DNA of 64,000 nt from an uncultured cyanobacterium (GTDB taxonomy: Bacteria; Cyanobacteriota; Cyanobacteriia; Leptolyngbyales; Leptolyngbyaceae), in NCBI GenBank assembly GCA_963766075.1, contig CAVYAN010000072.1, positions 190,342-254,341 on the forward strand, in the 5' to 3' direction. Of the stretch, positions 59,589 to 64,000 are shown in pieces. The position numbers and the translations under genes are program-made. The stretch's first letter is position 1. Every line of letters starts with the position of its first letter. The notes below the pieces were generated by a model, which was not told where the DNA came from, did not search any database, and saw only the letters and a program-made list of their open reading frames with translations.

Positions 59589-60383
59589 ATGACTGCAACT
59601 TTTCCGACTGTGTTGGCCTTGGATTTTGATGGCGTTATTTGCAATGGTTTGCGGGAGTACTTTCTCACGGCGTGGCGCACCTACTGTGACCTGTGGGCAG
59701 CAGACTATGCCGAGCCGCCAGAGGGTTTGGCGGAAGTTTTTTATCGCCTGCGGCCCGCGGTGGAGTCGGGGTGGGAGATGCCGCTAGTCCTGGAGGCGGT
59801 ACAAGCGGGGCTGACGGAGGAGGAGATTCTGGCCCATTGGAGTGCGATCGCCCCGCTGCGAGCCCAGGCCCTCGGCCTCACGCCAAGGGAATTAGGCGCG
59901 GCGGTGGATGGGGTGCGCGATCGCTGGATTAGTCGCGACATCACAGGTTGGCTGGCCGAACATACCTTCTATCCGGGAGTGATTGAGCGGTTGCAAACCT
60001 TGGAAAATAGCGCCGTCCATCCGGTCATCATCAGTACCAAAGACGGGCGTTTTATTCGGCAACTGTTAGACCAGCAAGGGCTTGATCTCACCCAGATCGA
60101 AATCTTTGGCAAAGAGCACCAGCAGCCGAAACATCAAACCCTGCGCGATTTGCAGCAGCAATACATTAGCACCGCCTCCTTTTGGTTCATTGAAGACCGC
60201 TTCAAAACCCTGCAAACTATCCAAGCCCAGCCCGATCTGCAAGCAGTCCAGTTATTCCTGGCCGATTGGGGCTACAACACCCCCAGCGATCGCCGCGCAG
60301 CCTCCCAAGACGCCACCCTGCACCTGCTATCGCTCGAACAATTCTGCCAAGACTTTGCCGTGTGGGGCGATTTTAGATTTTAG
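59589..60383 (+). CDS. HAD family hydrolase
   Basis: LDFDGVI, STK, FIEDR, LADWGYN. Confidence 0.88.
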   Translation: MTATFPTVLALDFDGVICNGLREYFLTAWRTYCDLWAADYAEPPEGLAEVFYRLRPAVESGWEMPLVLEAVQAGLTEEEILAHWSAIAPLRAQALGLTPRELGAAVDGVRDRWISRDITGWLAEHTFYPGVIERLQTLENSAVHPVIISTKDGRFIRQLLDQQGLDLTQIEIFGKEHQQPKHQTLRDLQQQYISTASFWFIEDRFKTLQTIQAQPDLQAVQLFLADWGYNTPSDRRAASQDATLHLLSLEQFCQDFAVWGDFRF

Positions 60384-60503
60384 ATTTTAGATTTTGGACT
60401 GAATCCATAATCCTTGGCATACAGCAATATGCAACACCATTCCTGCCGTGGGACGGCAGGCACACTCCAAAATCTCGAATCCAAAATCCCGAATCCAAAA
60501 TCC
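60371..60503. repeat. STRR-type heptamer repeats between convergent genes
   Basis: (TTTTAGA)n at 60371-60398 and AAAATC(T/C)CGAATCC repeats at 60470-60503. Confidence 0.7.
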
Positions 60504-61978
60504 TACTGCTGTACCCAAACGGACACAGAACCGCCATTACAGCGAAACTCACCCCAGCCGTATTCGTTCGTAACAACGGGTTGCTTCACATGCTCCGTCA
60601 GATCCACAAAGGTTTGCTTGGGCTTGCCCACTTCCATCCATTTGCTGCCACCGGGGCCATCGCTCATAAGCACCGCCATGGCCTTAGGATGTTCGGCATT
60701 GCCGAGGCGCGTCCAGCCAATGATATTCGGGTGATCGAAATAGGTATATTGCAAGCCGTAGGCATAGTGACGACGGGCATAGAGCATTTTATCGATCATC
60801 CAGCGGTGGGACGCCAGCCAAATTTCATAGGTGTTGCCGTCCCGTCCCTTGTCGAAATAGTGCGCGCCATAGTAGTCGGCGTAGAACACGCAGGGATATC
60901 CTTCCCGTCGTAGCAAAATCAGGGCATAGGCGAGGGGCTTAAACCAGGCTTCCACCACCGACTCTAGGGCCTGTAAGGGCTGGGTATCGTGGTTCTCGAC
61001 AATGGTGACTGCCAGGTAAGGGGCTTGCTGCATGAGCGTATTATCGAGAATATGGCGCATGTCGTAGTTCCCGCCCGACTTGCTGGCTCGATGGAAGTTG
61101 TAGTGCAAGGGGGCGTCAAATAAGGCAATTTTGCCCGCGGTGGTATTGAGGAACCAGTGCAGGGCCGCGAGGTCTTCGGACCAATATTCCCCAACCGTAA
61201 ATAGTTCTTTTTTCGTCGCCGATCGCACATAGCTAATCCAATCCCGAAAGAAGCCCGCCCGCATATGTTTGACGGCATCCAACCGGAAGCCATCCACTCC
61301 GATCGTGTTCACTATCCATTCCCCCCAGGCATTGAGTTCCTGAATCACTTGGGGCTTGTCGCTATCGAGGTCACAGGCCATCAGAAAGTCGTAGTTGCCC
61401 AGGCGAGGATCTACCTCGGTTTCAAACGGATCATCTTTGAAGCGATAGATGGTGCCATCACCCGGTTTGAACATGTTGTGGTTGACCGAATCAAAGTCGC
61501 GCCAGTCCCATTTTTTGGCCGAGTAGGTGTTGCCCCGACCGGGAAAGGTAAATTTTGTCCAGATTTTAATTTTTTCCACGCCGCCAATGTCGCGGTTGCG
61601 ATCGTTCGCATCCACGGGAATCGCTTCAACAATTTCTTCTTCATCTCCACCATTCTTGTGATTGAAGACGCCATCCGCATAGATTTGCAACCCCGCCGTA
61701 TGGGCCGCATTCACAGCAGAAACTAGTTCGGCCTTGGTGCCATATTTGGTACGCACAGTCCCTTTCTGATCAAATTCGCCCAGGTCAAATAGGTCATAAG
61801 CACTGTAGCCTACATCGTAGGTGCCGCCGGTTCCCTTGTAGGCGGGCGGCAACCACAGGGCCGTAAAGCCAGCATCGGCCAATGCTTTGGCTTCTTTTTC
61901 TAACCGCTGCCAATGGGTGCCATCGTTGGGCAAATACCACTCGAAATACTGCATCATTACGCCGTTGATCTCTGCCAT
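60503..61978 (-). CDS. Alpha-amylase, GH13 (Bacillus AmyL-like)
   Basis: MMQYFEWY, DGFRLDAVKH, VGEYW, VENHDTQP. Confidence 0.93.
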   Translation of the reverse strand: MAEINGVMMQYFEWYLPNDGTHWQRLEKEAKALADAGFTALWLPPAYKGTGGTYDVGYSAYDLFDLGEFDQKGTVRTKYGTKAELVSAVNAAHTAGLQIYADGVFNHKNGGDEEEIVEAIPVDANDRNRDIGGVEKIKIWTKFTFPGRGNTYSAKKWDWRDFDSVNHNMFKPGDGTIYRFKDDPFETEVDPRLGNYDFLMACDLDSDKPQVIQELNAWGEWIVNTIGVDGFRLDAVKHMRAGFFRDWISYVRSATKKELFTVGEYWSEDLAALHWFLNTTAGKIALFDAPLHYNFHRASKSGGNYDMRHILDNTLMQQAPYLAVTIVENHDTQPLQALESVVEAWFKPLAYALILLRREGYPCVFYADYYGAHYFDKGRDGNTYEIWLASHRWMIDKMLYARRHYAYGLQYTYFDHPNIIGWTRLGNAEHPKAMAVLMSDGPGGSKWMEVGKPKQTFVDLTEHVKQPVVTNEYGWGEFRCNGGSVSVWVQQ

Positions 61979-62149
61979 GTTGCCCCCGGGGAAACCTGTG
62001 GTGAATATTCTCTAGCGCCTCTAGGGTAACTCAAACTTCTTAATCGTCAATTGAGTGCAGTATGGCCTCCTGTCCCCTCCCCTAACCCCGTCGCCCCCTG
62101 CCCATAGACACTCTGTCAGCGATCGAACCTCTGTTTTTAAATTCGGCTT

Positions 62150-63103
62150 TTAAATTCGGCAGCTTGGTTCCAACAGGCAAGGATAATTCACATCACCCAC
62201 CTCAATTTGCAGAGTGGCATGGTGGATGCCAAACCGATCGCGTAATTCTTGACAAATCTGCGCTAAAAATCCATCTCCTGGATGTCCTCCAGGTATAACA
62301 AGATGGGCCGTCAGCGCTGTTTCTGCAGTACTCATACTCCAAATATGCAAGTCATGAATCTGGGTAACACCCGCCCGCTCAGACAGATAGGTACGCACCA
62401 CTTGCTCATTAATGCTGTCCGGAACACCATCAATAGCCAAGTGAAATGAGTCCTGTAGCAATCCCCAAGTGCTGAAAATGATTAAAACACTGATCAGTAG
62501 GCTGAATGCCGGATCGAGCCACAGCCAATGGGTCACCAAAATCGCCATACCAGCCAAAACAACGCCCAGCGAAACCATGGCATCTGCCGCCATATGTTGA
62601 AAGGCGGCGCGGATGTTCATATCAGTTTTGCGGCCCGCAAAAAACATCAATGCAGTTCCCGCATTAATGGCAATGCCAACGGCGGCAACGCCAATGACGA
62701 TCGCACCGTTAACCTCACCCGGGTTGACCAAGCGCTGTAAGGATTCCCACACAATGCTGCCCGTTGCCACCAGGAGCAAGATTGAATTGAGGAAAGCAGC
62801 AAGAACCGATGACTTTCGCCAGCCGTAGGTGTATCGCGCCGACGGTCGCCGACGGGCCAACACGCTGGCAATCCAGGCCAGCAGCAATCCCAGCACATCG
62901 CCGAGGTTATGCCCTGCATCGGCAATCAGTGCAACGGAATTCGCCAGCCAGCCAAAGGTCACCTCTGTGAGGACAAAACCGCCATTCAGGAGCAGCCCCA
63001 ATACAAAGGCTCGGTTGTAGCTAGTCGGTGCATGGTGATGCCCGGTATGGGCATGATGGGCATGGGCATGGCTGTGCTGATGATGGCTGTGCTGATGAGA
63101 CAT
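62150..63103 (-). CDS. Cation diffusion facilitator (Zn/Co/Cd exporter, CzcD/ZitB-like)
   Basis: His-rich N-terminus, ADAGHNLGD, HMAADA, HDLHIW, HATLQIE. Confidence 0.92.
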   Translation of the reverse strand: MSHQHSHHQHSHAHAHHAHTGHHHAPTSYNRAFVLGLLLNGGFVLTEVTFGWLANSVALIADAGHNLGDVLGLLLAWIASVLARRRPSARYTYGWRKSSVLAAFLNSILLLVATGSIVWESLQRLVNPGEVNGAIVIGVAAVGIAINAGTALMFFAGRKTDMNIRAAFQHMAADAMVSLGVVLAGMAILVTHWLWLDPAFSLLISVLIIFSTWGLLQDSFHLAIDGVPDSINEQVVRTYLSERAGVTQIHDLHIWSMSTAETALTAHLVIPGGHPGDGFLAQICQELRDRFGIHHATLQIEVGDVNYPCLLEPSCRI

Positions 63104-63172
63104 GGCTAAAAACGCTTAATTCTGGCGGGCGAGTGAGTTAATCCGGTCAAGATGTTTCCAACATCATAGTTC

Positions 63173-63216
63173 AAGCAGCTCTATATATGAACATAGATTC
63201 ATATATAGAGCTGCTT
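63173..63216. promoter_or_regulatory. ArsR/SmtB-type operator upstream of the CDF gene
   Basis: AAGCAGCTCTATATATGAA-CATAGA-TTCATATATAGAGCTGCTT; the TGAA-N6-TTCA core is as in SmtB/ZiaR operators. Confidence 0.75.
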
Positions 63217-63283
63217 AGATTTCATTTTTCATCCGCAGCCCACGAACTATATTATTTTTTAGATATTATTTTTTAGATATTGC

Positions 63284-63607
63284 CTAATGTCTGGGCGCAT
63301 ACATGATGACCAGCACGCCTAAAAAAGCAATTCCCGCCCCCAGGAGGTCAAATTTATCCGGGACAACGCGATCCACCAGCCATCCCCACACAATGGATAG
63401 CACGATAAAGATGCCACCGTAGGCGGCATAGGCCCGTCCAAAATTTGCCGCTTGCAGAGTGGGAATCACCCCATATAGCGCGAGCACAAATACACCAACT
63501 ATGGCCAACCAAACACTTTTGTCAGCTCGTAACCACAGCCAAAATAAGTAGCCACCGCCGATTTCACACAAGCCTGCCAAAACAAACAAAAATAGAGATT
63601 GGAGCAC
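63284..63607 (-). CDS. ynfA: YnfA family small membrane protein
   Basis: [29 protein letters not shown]. Confidence 0.9.
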   Translation of the reverse strand: MLQSLFLFVLAGLCEIGGGYLFWLWLRADKSVWLAIVGVFVLALYGVIPTLQAANFGRAYAAYGGIFIVLSIVWGWLVDRVVPDKFDLLGAGIAFLGVLVIMYAPRH

Positions 63608-63742
63608 AAATCTGTCCTTTGATAAAGGGTGATACCAGGGCTGCCTGGAGCGCAGCCCGTCGCAGCGACTCCGTGATATTAGGCTTGGGGTGCGCCAAAA
63701 TTCTGTTGCCGCAGTCCAGGATTCGCTAGGATAGCAAAAGCG

Positions 63743-64000
63743 TTGACCTGTGCCATGTTTTCAACTCCAGATTGTCCGCTTCAGTTGGATTGTGCCGCCA
63801 TGACTGGACAGGCGGGCAATTGCCCTAACCTAACGCAATGCTCTAGCTTGCGATATTTAGTGCGCCGCCGCGATTTTCCCCAGTTTCATTTCAACCGTGA
63901 TTGGCAAACCCGAGATAGTCTCATCTTTGGCAAACCGCTGCCTTGGCATCAGCAGGATTTGTTTTTTGGTGGGTGTAAGCGGTTTGATAGTCTAACATAG
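63743..64000 (+). CDS. Hypothetical Cys-rich protein, 3'-truncated by the window edge
   Basis: Open frame to the window edge only. Confidence 0.3.
   Translation: MTCAMFSTPDCPLQLDCAAMTGQAGNCPNLTQCSSLRYLVRRRDFPQFHFNRDWQTRDSLIFGKPLPWHQQDLFFGGCKRFDSLT

Noticed and set aside
63610..63740. Possible guanidine riboswitch upstream of ynfA
   Set aside because: Two small hairpins are present, but there are no paired ACGR-loop hairpins or ykkC consensus.

Overview
Cyanobacterial DNA: the HIP1 octamer GCGATCGC is very frequent, and the window holds an hli gene, GUN4 and Uma2 domains and a CBCR-type GAF. Many genes carry 1-nt frameshifts that look like uncorrected long-read errors. Ordinary content includes a hybrid sensor kinase, BMP-type and YbhFSR-like ABC transporters, GT2, SDR, two GH57 enzymes, cbiG-cobJ, a type IA topoisomerase, ogt, alpha-amylase and a CDF exporter. 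Four TIR/NACHT signalling or immune-type genes are interspersed. Main finding: behind a NACHT-WD40 gene (25132-29595) lies a cassette array in which the last ~90 bp of that gene recur six times. Five of the copies head a two-gene toxin-antitoxin(-like) cassette, and the copies decay towards the distal end. No integrase lies next to it. The gene's WD40 sensor is itself a low-GC, HIP1-free block ending exactly at that repeat. Two more arrays (38.0-39.6 kb and 43.0-45.0 kb) also have cassettes separated by repeated fragments that break at HIP1 sites. Between them, a NACHT-GUN4 gene ends in a 62-nt adenine-free tract followed by a tail open in two frames, reminiscent of a DGR-type variable region. 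All domain calls come from motif recognition by eye, not from database searches.
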